Shown: positions 25,333 through 33,752 of the stretch, piece by piece | How positions within the stretch are numbered: position 1 is the stretch's first letter | Layout of the letters: each line of letters begins with the position of its first letter | DNA from: Elusimicrobia bacterium HGW-Elusimicrobia-2 | Lineage (GTDB): Bacteria; CG03 | Direction: 5' to 3' | Length of the DNA: 56,535 bases | Assembly: GCA_002841685.1 (NCBI GenBank) | Contig: PHAM01000002.1 | Span: 1-56,535 of the forward strand | The notes under the pieces: generated by a model | What the model saw: only the letters and a program-made list of their open reading frames with translations | The model's database searches: none | What the model was told of the DNA's origin: nothing | Program-made: the position numbers and the translations under genes

Positions 25333-26362
25333 TGTAAAAAAAACAATTGATGTTAAGTTGTTGAGCATATATAGATTTTTACTGATTGCTTTCTATTTTT
25401 CATTTTTTATGGCGAGCGCACTTCTTTGCGCGCCGTATCACAGGATTGATATAGACGGGAATCTTGATGAATGGCCGGAGGGGGAAAAGATTGCGAATGA
25501 TATTCACGACGGAGAAGTCATGAATAGAATAGACGCTCTTTACGTCACATGGGATGCGGACAATCTTTACATAGGGGTTAACTATAAACTTGATGACTGC
25601 GGCATGCTGCTTTATCTGGATACTGATTACGGCTTGTCATCCGGCTTTGATGACCTGACAAAAATAGACACATGGAACAAAGGCGCGAAGTTTTCGGCGG
25701 GCGGCTTTCTTCCCGATTTTATGTACGGTTCATGGGACGGTGACGGCGGCAGTTTTTATCAGATTACGAGTTCCCTATCAGCGTCGGGCGTTTCCGCAAA
25801 CTGTAAGACGGATTTCAGTTCGTATGCTCCGGGCACCGAAATATCCATAGGATGGGATACCCTTTTTCCTTCTGGTTTTCCGGCGGGAACAAAAATCGCC
25901 ATGTTTTGCAGTCTGGCCGACGGAACTGCTCTTGCTCTTGACTGCGCGCCGGATAATATTGCGGTTGTGCTTCCTTTAGTGGATACCTGCACGGTGATAA
26001 ACTGTGATTCAAACAGCGATGGTGTGCCGGATAGTTTAAGTTCTTCTAATTTTGAAATTTCCTATGTGCGAATGGCTAAAATATTCTCACCCAATGCGGA
26101 CGGCATAAACGATGATTTGAATATAACTGTCGCACTCACGCAGAGTGCGGATATATATATGAAAGCTTTCAATATTGAAGGAAAAAAAGTGTGGCAAAGC
26201 GCCGGACATTCAGCTGAAGCGGGGGAAACGACGATGACGTGGAACGGCAGGGATTTTTCGGGGGCGATGATTAGAAACGGTGTTTATATTCTGAATATCA
26301 GGGCGGTGAATTCATCGGGTGAAGAAGTGTATAAAAACAAGCCGGTGGCGATAGTCAAATAA
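25322..26362 (+). CDS. Secreted CBM9-like-domain protein with FlgD-Ig/T9SS-CTD-like tail
   Basis: The track start 25316 is TTG; ATG 25322 is used here. Signal peptide ...LLIAFYFSFFMASALLCA. CBM9-like module: IDIDGNLDEWPEGE...LYVTWDADNLYIGVNY...LLLYLDTD...EISIGWDTLF. C-terminal tail: FSPNADGINDDLNITV...IYMKAFNIEGKKV...WNGRDFSGAMIRNGVYILNI. Confidence 0.75.
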   Translation: MSVNVKKTIDVKLLSIYRFLLIAFYFSFFMASALLCAPYHRIDIDGNLDEWPEGEKIANDIHDGEVMNRIDALYVTWDADNLYIGVNYKLDDCGMLLYLDTDYGLSSGFDDLTKIDTWNKGAKFSAGGFLPDFMYGSWDGDGGSFYQITSSLSASGVSANCKTDFSSYAPGTEISIGWDTLFPSGFPAGTKIAMFCSLADGTALALDCAPDNIAVVLPLVDTCTVINCDSNSDGVPDSLSSSNFEISYVRMAKIFSPNADGINDDLNITVALTQSADIYMKAFNIEGKKVWQSAGHSAEAGETTMTWNGRDFSGAMIRNGVYILNIRAVNSSGEEVYKNKPVAIVK

Positions 26363-26363
26363 A

Positions 26364-27230
26364 ATGATAAAAAGATTTGAAATTAAAAATAAGGGAGTGA
26401 AGAAATACTTAATGTCCGTGGCGCGGTTTGATGCGCTGTCTGTTTTAATTATTATTTTCGCGTTTTTAATTTCCTTTCCGGCAGCAGCCTCTTTTGAAAT
26501 GTGCCCCGTCTCCGCGGAGCTGCTGGGGAGGGGCGGCTGGTCGGTCGCCGATGACCGTTTGTCCAGTCTTGATAATTCTGCGGTTACGAGCGAAGTTTTT
26601 AACTGGGAAGCCGGCAGGGCCAATTATTACGGAATAAGCGAACTTAACGGAGGATTTTTGTCATTGCAGATACCGTCCAAAGCGAACAGTTTTAATTTTA
26701 TATACTCCACATTGAAATTTTCTTCAGTTTATCAGGAGAGTGTTTATTCGTTTGCTCTGGCGAAAAATCTGACAAAAAATCTGAACGCGGGCCTGCGTCT
26801 CAACACATACCGGATTGACATCGCGGAATTTGAAGACGGTATTAACACCCGCACAATGTATTCGAATTACGATTTCGCGATTCTGCGCGAAGGGCAATAT
26901 TTTAATTTCGGAGTCTCTTTCAAGCAGCTTTCTTCAAAAGATGTGACGCTGAAAAGCATACCGGAGCGAAATTCTCAGGAAATTTGCTACGGGATTATGG
27001 TTAAACCTGTTAAGGGAGCGAATCTGGGTTTGGATTACGAATTCGGTGAACCGCTGAAGGCCGGGGTTGAAGTTGAGGTGGCGGATGCGCTTAAATGCGA
27101 GATTGGAATAAGAAAAAATATGTTTACGCTCGGATTTTCGCTGAGGATGCCGGGGTTTAGGCTTAATTTTTCAACACTTCTGCACACTGAAATGGGCGAA
27201 ACTTATTTTATATCCATAAGCGGAAAATGA
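26364..27230 (+). CDS. Small putative outer-membrane beta-barrel protein (PorV/PorQ-like N-terminal motif)
   Basis: Starts 2 nt after the upstream stop (alternative ATG 26412). Signal peptide LSVLIIIFAFLISFPAAASF. The segment SAELLGRGGWSVADDRLSSLDNSAV is followed by alternating-hydrophobic strands. Confidence 0.45.
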   Translation: MIKRFEIKNKGVKKYLMSVARFDALSVLIIIFAFLISFPAAASFEMCPVSAELLGRGGWSVADDRLSSLDNSAVTSEVFNWEAGRANYYGISELNGGFLSLQIPSKANSFNFIYSTLKFSSVYQESVYSFALAKNLTKNLNAGLRLNTYRIDIAEFEDGINTRTMYSNYDFAILREGQYFNFGVSFKQLSSKDVTLKSIPERNSQEICYGIMVKPVKGANLGLDYEFGEPLKAGVEVEVADALKCEIGIRKNMFTLGFSLRMPGFRLNFSTLLHTEMGETYFISISGK

Positions 27231-28738
27231 TAACGCATATAAAAACGATTAAGAAAATCCTGACGGTTTCGCTTCAAGCGCTGTTTCTGACGGCTGTTTC
27301 CTGCGGTGTTTTGAGAGCATATTACATAGACGGATATTATGAGAGTTATTGTGAAGCTCAAAGAGACGGAGAATACAGGTTTAATATTTCGCAGCCCAAG
27401 CATTATCTGCAGATGAATCTATGGGCTGACCCGCTGCCGTATTCGGGAATTTATTCCCAGTTTTCGGCTTCTACTTTGGAAGAATCCGCTCGCATAAAAT
27501 TTGACAGAGGTTATGCCGAAAAAACTTTTTTTGAGAAAACCAAACTCATGCTGCTTTACAAAGAGGAACGTCACTGGATATCCTCGCCCTTGCTTTATCT
27601 GATTGATACGGGAAAAGTGCAGAGGAACGCACGGGGGATAAGAGCCGAAATGTGGAATGTTGGCGGTTTTGCGGGGCAATTGATTGCTTCAAAAGACGCG
27701 TCCGAAAAAAACGATGAGTGGTATGGCAACTATTTTGACACTGATGGAAATTCAGTTGTTGGAAGGCTGAATTATTCTTATGGTATTTTTAAAATCGGTT
27801 CTGATATGATTAAACGCGAAAAAAGATACGAGAAATACGATTCCGCCGGAGCGTTTTTAAGCGATACAAAATATGGGAATACGGTGAATTCCGCGGATAT
27901 GAGTTTGTATTTCGGAAAATTTACACTGCTTGCCGAAGCCGCCCGCAGTGAATCGGACTGGCATGACACTTCGGACGACAACGGCGCATGGCAGGCTGAA
28001 ATCAGAGATTTTGTTTACGGCCCGCTGGGCTTAAATTTATCTTATTTTGATTACGGCAAAAATTTTCACGTGCAGAGTTCAAAAAAGTTTTCGGGTTATG
28101 ACGGCAATTCCGAATTCGGCAGGAAAGGCTTTTCCGGTGAATGCCTTTTCCTTGTGCCTAAAAAAGCTGTAAATTTGACATATAAATATTCAGCTTATAA
28201 GGCCGAAGGGATAAGCGTTTCAAACAATACGGATTTGAGAGAGGATTATAATGCGGTTTATTCCGGAGAGCAGAATAAAAATGTATGGAGTTTTACCGAA
28301 TTGTATATGAGGATGATGGGCGGTATAAACATGAGATTGGGTTTTGAAACCAAATCCGGTGATGCCGACGCCAGAAATTTCCTTTTTCAACTTGACGGTG
28401 AAACCCCGCTTTATTACTGCGGTTTGGTCGCAAAAGTTGTGGATATCGGCGGTGAAACTTATCCCGGCCAGAAACTTGTGCTGGCGGCGGAGCAAAAAAT
28501 TAATATAAGCGACAGACTACAGATGTTTATGCGTTTGGCTGACGCGAGAACTGACTCTCTTTCATGGAGAAGCGGTTTTTTTCAGCTCAAATACTTTATA
28601 GGTTATGATTTTGAAATATATCTGGAATGCGGTCAATCATGGCCCACGGAATCTCTCTATTCCAGCACGTCATTTTCGGATAACACTGGCCTGGATTTTG
28701 ATAAGGTTGTGAAGTTTACGATGAAGATGAATTTTTAG
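27227..28738 (+). CDS. Putative outer-membrane beta-barrel protein (503 aa)
   Basis: ATGA overlap with the upstream gene. Signal peptide ILTVSLQALFLTAVSCGVLRA. It is rich in Y/G/D/N strand-turn patterns and has a C-terminal ...VKFTMKMNF with a terminal Phe, as in the OMP beta-signal. No family recognised. Confidence 0.45.
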   Translation: MITHIKTIKKILTVSLQALFLTAVSCGVLRAYYIDGYYESYCEAQRDGEYRFNISQPKHYLQMNLWADPLPYSGIYSQFSASTLEESARIKFDRGYAEKTFFEKTKLMLLYKEERHWISSPLLYLIDTGKVQRNARGIRAEMWNVGGFAGQLIASKDASEKNDEWYGNYFDTDGNSVVGRLNYSYGIFKIGSDMIKREKRYEKYDSAGAFLSDTKYGNTVNSADMSLYFGKFTLLAEAARSESDWHDTSDDNGAWQAEIRDFVYGPLGLNLSYFDYGKNFHVQSSKKFSGYDGNSEFGRKGFSGECLFLVPKKAVNLTYKYSAYKAEGISVSNNTDLREDYNAVYSGEQNKNVWSFTELYMRMMGGINMRLGFETKSGDADARNFLFQLDGETPLYYCGLVAKVVDIGGETYPGQKLVLAAEQKINISDRLQMFMRLADARTDSLSWRSGFFQLKYFIGYDFEIYLECGQSWPTESLYSSTSFSDNTGLDFDKVVKFTMKMNF

Positions 28739-28748
28739 AAAATGGTAG

Positions 28749-29492
28749 AAAATGGGGACGGAGGTAATTTAAATGCCAAGAATTCCAAGATTTACAATTA
28801 ATGATGGGTTTTATCATGTACTATGCAGAGGGCATAATAAGCGGGAAATATTTCATGAGGATAGTGATTTCTTAAAATATTTGAAAACGCTGAGAGAAGC
28901 GAAGACTGTATATAGTTTGAAGATTTATCATTTTTCACTAATTCCCAATCATGTGCATTTGATAATAAATGCTCAAAAAGGTGAAGATTTAACAAAGGCG
29001 ATGAGGTTTTTAAATCAGAATTATGCTCAATATTACAGAGCTAAATATGGCGGTTGCGGATATGTTTGGCAGGACCGATTCAAAAGTTTTTTAATACAAA
29101 GTGGAATCTACCTGATACGGTGCGGTATTTACATAGAGCTGAATTCCGTTATGGCCGGACTTGCGAATAATCCCGAGGATTATAGGTGGTCAAGCTGCGG
29201 CGTTTATGTTAGCGGAAAGAAAAGTAATTTAATTGATATTGATCCGGAATACGCGGCAATTTCGGAAAATAAGGATGAACGAAGAAGAGTGTATTCGGAA
29301 TATTTAAGGGACGGATTAAAAGAAAAAAGGTCTTTGCAAAGATATTTCAGGGACGGCGTTTATGGAGACGAGGGTTTTGTTGAAAAACTAAAAAAGAGCG
29401 GCTTACAGCAAAGAACCTGGCATAAAGGTAGACCTAAAAATGATTAGAAAACTTGGAATAATTGGAAAATTAATTACCTCCGTCCCCTTTTT
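28749..29492 (+). mobile_element. Full-length REP/RAYT-type unit: HUH-Y1 transposase gene bracketed by the family's inverted arms
   Basis: Left arm aaaatggggacggaggtaatttaa (28749-28772). Right arm ttaattacctccgtcccctttt (29470-29491). ORF 28773..29447 lies between them. The short copies share both the arms and the adjacent internal sequence. Confidence 0.8.
28773..29447 (+). CDS. IS200-like/COG1943 HUH-Y1 transposase (REP-associated tyrosine transposase, RAYT-like)
   Basis: GGAGG lies 8 nt upstream, inside the left arm. Motifs: MPRIPRFTINDGFYHVLCRGHNKREIF, HUH motif PNHVHLII, YVWQDRFKS, YIELNSVMAGLANNPEDYRWSS. Confidence 0.8.
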   Translation: MPRIPRFTINDGFYHVLCRGHNKREIFHEDSDFLKYLKTLREAKTVYSLKIYHFSLIPNHVHLIINAQKGEDLTKAMRFLNQNYAQYYRAKYGGCGYVWQDRFKSFLIQSGIYLIRCGIYIELNSVMAGLANNPEDYRWSSCGVYVSGKKSNLIDIDPEYAAISENKDERRRVYSEYLRDGLKEKRSLQRYFRDGVYGDEGFVEKLKKSGLQQRTWHKGRPKND

Positions 29493-31164
29493 TCTTTGTG
29501 CTGCGTTCGGAGAGGAGTATGAATTAAAGTATTATGCGCCGAAAGCGGAAAAAGTTAATATAGCGGGAGATTTTAACGGCTGGAACCCCGACGAATTTAC
29601 TATGGATAAAACTGAGGGGGGCTATTTTCGCAAAACGCTTGAACTTGAGCCGGGGATTCACGAATACAAAGTGATAATTGACGGCGAGTGGCTGAACGGA
29701 GCAAATCTCAAATACGATACAGCGCTGCGGCAGACAATAATAACTTCAAATTTTGCGTGGTCGCCGAAAATATTCTGGAGCGGAAAATTTCTTGTGAACG
29801 TTTCCTCCTCATCCGCTGAAAGCTGCCATTCGCTTCAAGGTAAAATAACACTCAACAACAATGTTTCGGGGATGTTCATTATAAATTCTTCCGGGCGGGA
29901 TGACCGATTAAATTCTAAGGTGGAAAAGCTCTCCATGGTTTACAGAGCAGGGCTTTTTGATTTGAACTCTTTTTATAATCTGCGTGTTTTTCAGTCACCT
30001 GATCCCATGAGGCTGCTTCAAAGACAGTCACCTGCGCCTCTGCGGCAGCAGGAGATTGTTTTTTGCGATGAGACCAATCCCGCCGAAGACTTCGGCCTCG
30101 GTATGCAGGGGATCCTTATGGGATTCGGGGGCGAGGGCATTACGAGCGCGAACTTATTAATCAGCGATGATTATGAGACCGAAGAAGATACTCTTTTCGC
30201 TTCGGCCGGCATAGGCGGCATACGCGCGGAATATCTTTTGAAAAAAGGGATTGATTTTCCTTTCGCATCGTCCAGCCACTGGTTTCCTGATCCCGATGTT
30301 GCGCAGACATGGTTTGGAAGTTCCAACGCTCTTGATTGGTACAAGGGCTTTAACGAAGAAAGCGAATTATCTCTTGACGCGCAGGCTGAGCAGGGGCGGG
30401 CTGTTTATTTCGGACAGTGTGTTCTGATAAATAAAATGCTGCATGCAGTCCGCTGGAATGAAGGAGGCCTCGGAGATTCGGGCATTGATAAGAAGTGGCG
30501 TTTCTATGAAGCTAAAAAATATACGGCCGGCGTGAAATACAAAGGCCCTGTTTCCGCACAGTGCTCATACGCGTCGGAAAACGGAAAATTCTCGGAGTTC
30601 TGGAATTTTAATACGAAGAGCGAAAAATATTCTTTTCTCGCGAGGTGGAATTTTGCTGACTCGTATATAGGCGCTAAAACAGCGATAATAAAAAACCATA
30701 TTCCCGCAGGCTATAATGTGCATGATGATTTTGATCCGTACAGCATAAATTATTACTACGGAAAAACAGGAAGGTACGAAAGCTGGAAAGAATACTGGCT
30801 CCTGGGTAACTTCAAGGGGCGCAATTATAATCTAAAATTAGCCGCTAAATTTTTCCCGGCCGAAAAAATAAAAGAAGCTGTGATAACGGCCGAAAAGAGC
30901 ATCTCGCTTTTTTCATTTAAATTTTCACCCATGTATTTTTCAGACGGTGTGAAAAATTATTTATGCAGCTCATTTTCGGTAGGCGTTAAGAAAGGCGCTT
31001 TAAGTGTTGAAGCGGGAGCGGGAATGTCGCCGGAAGATTTTTCTTTGACTGATGAGAGTGATAGAAGGGAGGATTTTTTGTATAATCAGAACAGTTGGGA
31101 TAAGGGCTATGAACTTCTTAGAGAACAGGAGAAAATATGGTTAAGAGCTGTTTTAAGTTTCTGA
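29440..31164 (+). CDS. CBM48-like module fused to a putative outer-membrane beta-barrel
   Basis: The start overlaps the transposase 3' end. The N-terminus MIRKLGIIGKLITSVPFFLCAAFG is encoded by the element's right end. CBM48-like module: YELKYYAPKAEKVNIAGDFNGWNP...HEYKVIIDGEW. The ~480-aa C-terminal region is strand-rich and ends ...IWLRAVLSF (terminal Phe). Confidence 0.55.
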   Translation: MIRKLGIIGKLITSVPFFLCAAFGEEYELKYYAPKAEKVNIAGDFNGWNPDEFTMDKTEGGYFRKTLELEPGIHEYKVIIDGEWLNGANLKYDTALRQTIITSNFAWSPKIFWSGKFLVNVSSSSAESCHSLQGKITLNNNVSGMFIINSSGRDDRLNSKVEKLSMVYRAGLFDLNSFYNLRVFQSPDPMRLLQRQSPAPLRQQEIVFCDETNPAEDFGLGMQGILMGFGGEGITSANLLISDDYETEEDTLFASAGIGGIRAEYLLKKGIDFPFASSSHWFPDPDVAQTWFGSSNALDWYKGFNEESELSLDAQAEQGRAVYFGQCVLINKMLHAVRWNEGGLGDSGIDKKWRFYEAKKYTAGVKYKGPVSAQCSYASENGKFSEFWNFNTKSEKYSFLARWNFADSYIGAKTAIIKNHIPAGYNVHDDFDPYSINYYYGKTGRYESWKEYWLLGNFKGRNYNLKLAAKFFPAEKIKEAVITAEKSISLFSFKFSPMYFSDGVKNYLCSSFSVGVKKGALSVEAGAGMSPEDFSLTDESDRREDFLYNQNSWDKGYELLREQEKIWLRAVLSF

Positions 31165-31514
31165 CGGTAATTCTGCTTTTTTCATCATGCGCTTTGAGGT
31201 GGGTGAAAGAAAGAATCCCGCCTCCATCGCAGCGTGCGGACGGCAAAGTGCTTTTTCTCCTGGACGCGCCGTCCGCGAAAAGCGTTTTTGCCGCCGGAGA
31301 ATTCAACGGCTGGGAGTACCAGCCGTCGGGACAGCGCTCCATAGCGCTTAAAAAAAATAAAAACGACGTGTGGGAAGCCGCCGCGATTATTCCTTCTGGA
31401 AGGTACACTTATAAATATGTGCTTGATTCCTACACGTGGATTCTTGACCCGCACAACCCGCTTACCGTCGATGACGGCACGGGTAATGTTAATTCGCTTT
31501 TAATTGTGAAATAA
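31137..31514 (+). CDS. Small lipoprotein with a single CBM48/AMPK-beta-like glycogen-binding module
   Basis: Lipobox LLFSSC. AAGEFNGWEY...YTYKYVLDSYTWILDPHNPLTVDDGTGNVNSLLIV. Confidence 0.75.
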   Translation: MVKSCFKFLTVILLFSSCALRWVKERIPPPSQRADGKVLFLLDAPSAKSVFAAGEFNGWEYQPSGQRSIALKKNKNDVWEAAAIIPSGRYTYKYVLDSYTWILDPHNPLTVDDGTGNVNSLLIVK

Positions 31515-31583
31515 ATAATGTATAATGCGCTTGAGTTTTCAATGTTTTGTTTTTGTCCTTTGTTTAAAAATTAGGGAGGAATA

Positions 31584-32588
31584 ATGAAATCTAAATTATC
31601 GTTTGTCTGCTCGTTTCTTTTGTTTACCGCCTGCGCTCCTCTTCCGAAAGAGACTGTTTCATCTTTACCCGGCCAGGGTGGGGCGGGGCCTGTTACAGGG
31701 AAGAACGGCACAATTTTCAGTTATACAGGGGTAGCTGATAAGGTAGTTATCGCGGGCAGTTTTAATGATTGGTCACAGGAGGCAAATCCTCTGCGCAAAT
31801 TGGGAGAAGACAGGTGGGAGACGACTTTGAAACTGCCCTCTGGTGCGCATCAGTACAAATTTGTGGTGGACGGAAACTGGATAACCGATTCTGCCAATTC
31901 CAATACGGCGGACGACGGCGTTGGCGGCGTAAACTCCGTTGTTACTGTCAGCGGGGCAGCTACCGGTAAAGCGGCTGGAGTGGTGTCCGCCGCAGGGGCA
32001 CCTAAACAGGTTAAAGGCGGAGTTCTTTTTACCTGCGCCGCCCCAACCGCGAATAAAGTTGTCCTCGCGGGCAGTTTCAATAATTGGTCTCAGGACGCTA
32101 ATCCTATGAGCAAGAATGCGGCGGGAGTATGGTCGGCGATTGTGCCTCTGGCAACGGGTGCGCATCAATACAAATTTGTGGTGGACGGAAACTGGATAAC
32201 CGATTCTGCCAATTCCAATACGGCGGACGACGGCGTCGGCGGCGTAAACTCCGTTGTTACTGTCAGCGGGGCAGCTACTACTGGTAAAGCGGCGGGAGTG
32301 GTGTCCGCCGCAGGGGCACCAAAGCAGGTTAAAGGCGGGATTCTTTTTGCCTGCGCCGCCCCAACCGCGAATAAAGTTGTCCTCGCGGGCAGTTTCAATA
32401 ATTGGTCTCAGGACGCTAATCCCATGAGCAAGAATGCGGCGGGAGTATGGTCGGCGATTGTGCCTTTGAGCTCCGGATCGCATCAATACAAGTTTGTGAC
32501 TGACGGAAACTGGATAATTGATCCGTCCAATTCCAATACGGCCGCGGACGGGCTCGGCGGAAATAATTCTGTTATAACTTTGCCATGA
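31584..32588 (+). CDS. Lipoprotein with three tandem CBM48/AMPK-beta-like glycogen-binding modules
   Basis: GGGAGG RBS and lipobox LLFTAC. The pattern AGSFN[DN]WSQ[ED]ANP...HQYKFV[VT]DGNWI[TI]D[SP][AS]NSNTA[AD]DG[VL]GG.NSV occurs three times. Confidence 0.85.
   Translation: MKSKLSFVCSFLLFTACAPLPKETVSSLPGQGGAGPVTGKNGTIFSYTGVADKVVIAGSFNDWSQEANPLRKLGEDRWETTLKLPSGAHQYKFVVDGNWITDSANSNTADDGVGGVNSVVTVSGAATGKAAGVVSAAGAPKQVKGGVLFTCAAPTANKVVLAGSFNNWSQDANPMSKNAAGVWSAIVPLATGAHQYKFVVDGNWITDSANSNTADDGVGGVNSVVTVSGAATTGKAAGVVSAAGAPKQVKGGILFACAAPTANKVVLAGSFNNWSQDANPMSKNAAGVWSAIVPLSSGSHQYKFVTDGNWIIDPSNSNTAADGLGGNNSVITLP
31842..32585 (+). repeat. Near-identical in-frame tandem DNA repeat (periods 315 and 318 nt, ~2.3 copies) inside the 3xCBM48 gene
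   Basis: Copy 1 starts at ggtgcgcatcagtacaaatttgtgg (31842) and copy 2 at ggtgcgcatcaatacaaatttgtgg (32157). A more diverged partial copy runs from 32475. By manual alignment, copies 1 and 2 differ by about a dozen substitutions and one 3-nt indel. Confidence 0.85.
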
Positions 32589-32633
32589 CAGCTCAGAAAT
32601 TAAAACGGCAAAAGAGTAAAGGGAGGCTTAATT

Positions 32634-33752
32634 GTGGCTGAAGTAATCTTAAAAAATATCGCGAAGATTTACAAGGGTGATGTCGTCGGATGCAAGGATA
32701 TCAATCTGCATATAAAAGACAGAGAATTCTGCGTTTTGGTAGGGCCTTCCGGATGCGGAAAATCCACGACCCTGAGGCTGATAGCCGGTCTTGAGGATAT
32801 CACGGAGGGAGAATTGCGGATAGGCGACAGAATAGTTAATGATATTCCTCCGAAAGAAAGAGATATAGCGATGGTGTTTCAGAACTACGCCCTTTACCCG
32901 CATATGAAAGTGTGGGATAACCTCGCTTTCGGGCTGAAACTCCGAAAATATCCAGCGGATGAGATAAAAAAAAGGGTTACTGAAGCGGCGCGGATTCTGG
33001 AAATAGAGCATTTACTTGAACGTCGGCCTAAGGCGTTGAGCGGCGGGCAGAGGCAGCGTGTGGCGCTGGGCCGCGCGATAGTCAGGAAGCCGAAAGTTTT
33101 TCTTTTTGACGAGCCGCTTTCAAATCTTGACGCCAAACTCAGGGTGCAGATGCGCGTTGAAATAAAAAAACTGCACGCGAAACTTCAGATAACCTCAATT
33201 TATGTCACGCATGATCAGATTGAGGCTATGACAATGGGCGACAGAATTGTCGTGATGAAAGACGGTTTCATTCAGCAGGTTGACGACCCGATGAAACTTT
33301 ACGAACGGCCCGTGTCAAAATTTGTCGCGGGCTTCATAGGCTCTCCCCCGATAAATTTAATTAAAGTGAAAATTTCCCGTGACGGCGAAAAGTTTTTAAT
33401 AAGTGAGGCGGCCGGCGGATTTAAGCTGAAATACAGCCGCAAAGGATTTGATTTTCTCGCGGCGTTTTCCGGAAAAAATTTAATTATGGGCGTTCGTCCG
33501 GAGAACATAATAGACAGGATTTACGCGGGTGTAAAGGAAGCGGAAAATACCGTGCCTGTCGTCGTGGAAGCGGAAGAGCCCATGGGAAGTGAAAATTATA
33601 TTCATCTGAAAACGGTGGGCGGCTCCGAAATTGTGATGAAAACAGAAGGTTCAAACAGGGTAAAACCCGGGGATCGCCTTGAATTGATTTTCAACGCGGA
33701 AAAGATGCATTTTTTTCACCCCGATACAGAGAAGAGAATAAATGAAAATTAA
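32634..33752 (+). CDS. Sugar ABC transporter ATP-binding protein (MalK/MsmX/UgpC-like)
   Basis: GTG start after GGGAGG. Walker A GPSGCGKST, signature LSGGQRQR, Walker B VFLFDEPLSNLD, H-loop YVTHD. A C-terminal MalK-type regulatory domain is present. Confidence 0.9.
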   Translation: MAEVILKNIAKIYKGDVVGCKDINLHIKDREFCVLVGPSGCGKSTTLRLIAGLEDITEGELRIGDRIVNDIPPKERDIAMVFQNYALYPHMKVWDNLAFGLKLRKYPADEIKKRVTEAARILEIEHLLERRPKALSGGQRQRVALGRAIVRKPKVFLFDEPLSNLDAKLRVQMRVEIKKLHAKLQITSIYVTHDQIEAMTMGDRIVVMKDGFIQQVDDPMKLYERPVSKFVAGFIGSPPINLIKVKISRDGEKFLISEAAGGFKLKYSRKGFDFLAAFSGKNLIMGVRPENIIDRIYAGVKEAENTVPVVVEAEEPMGSENYIHLKTVGGSEIVMKTEGSNRVKPGDRLELIFNAEKMHFFHPDTEKRINEN

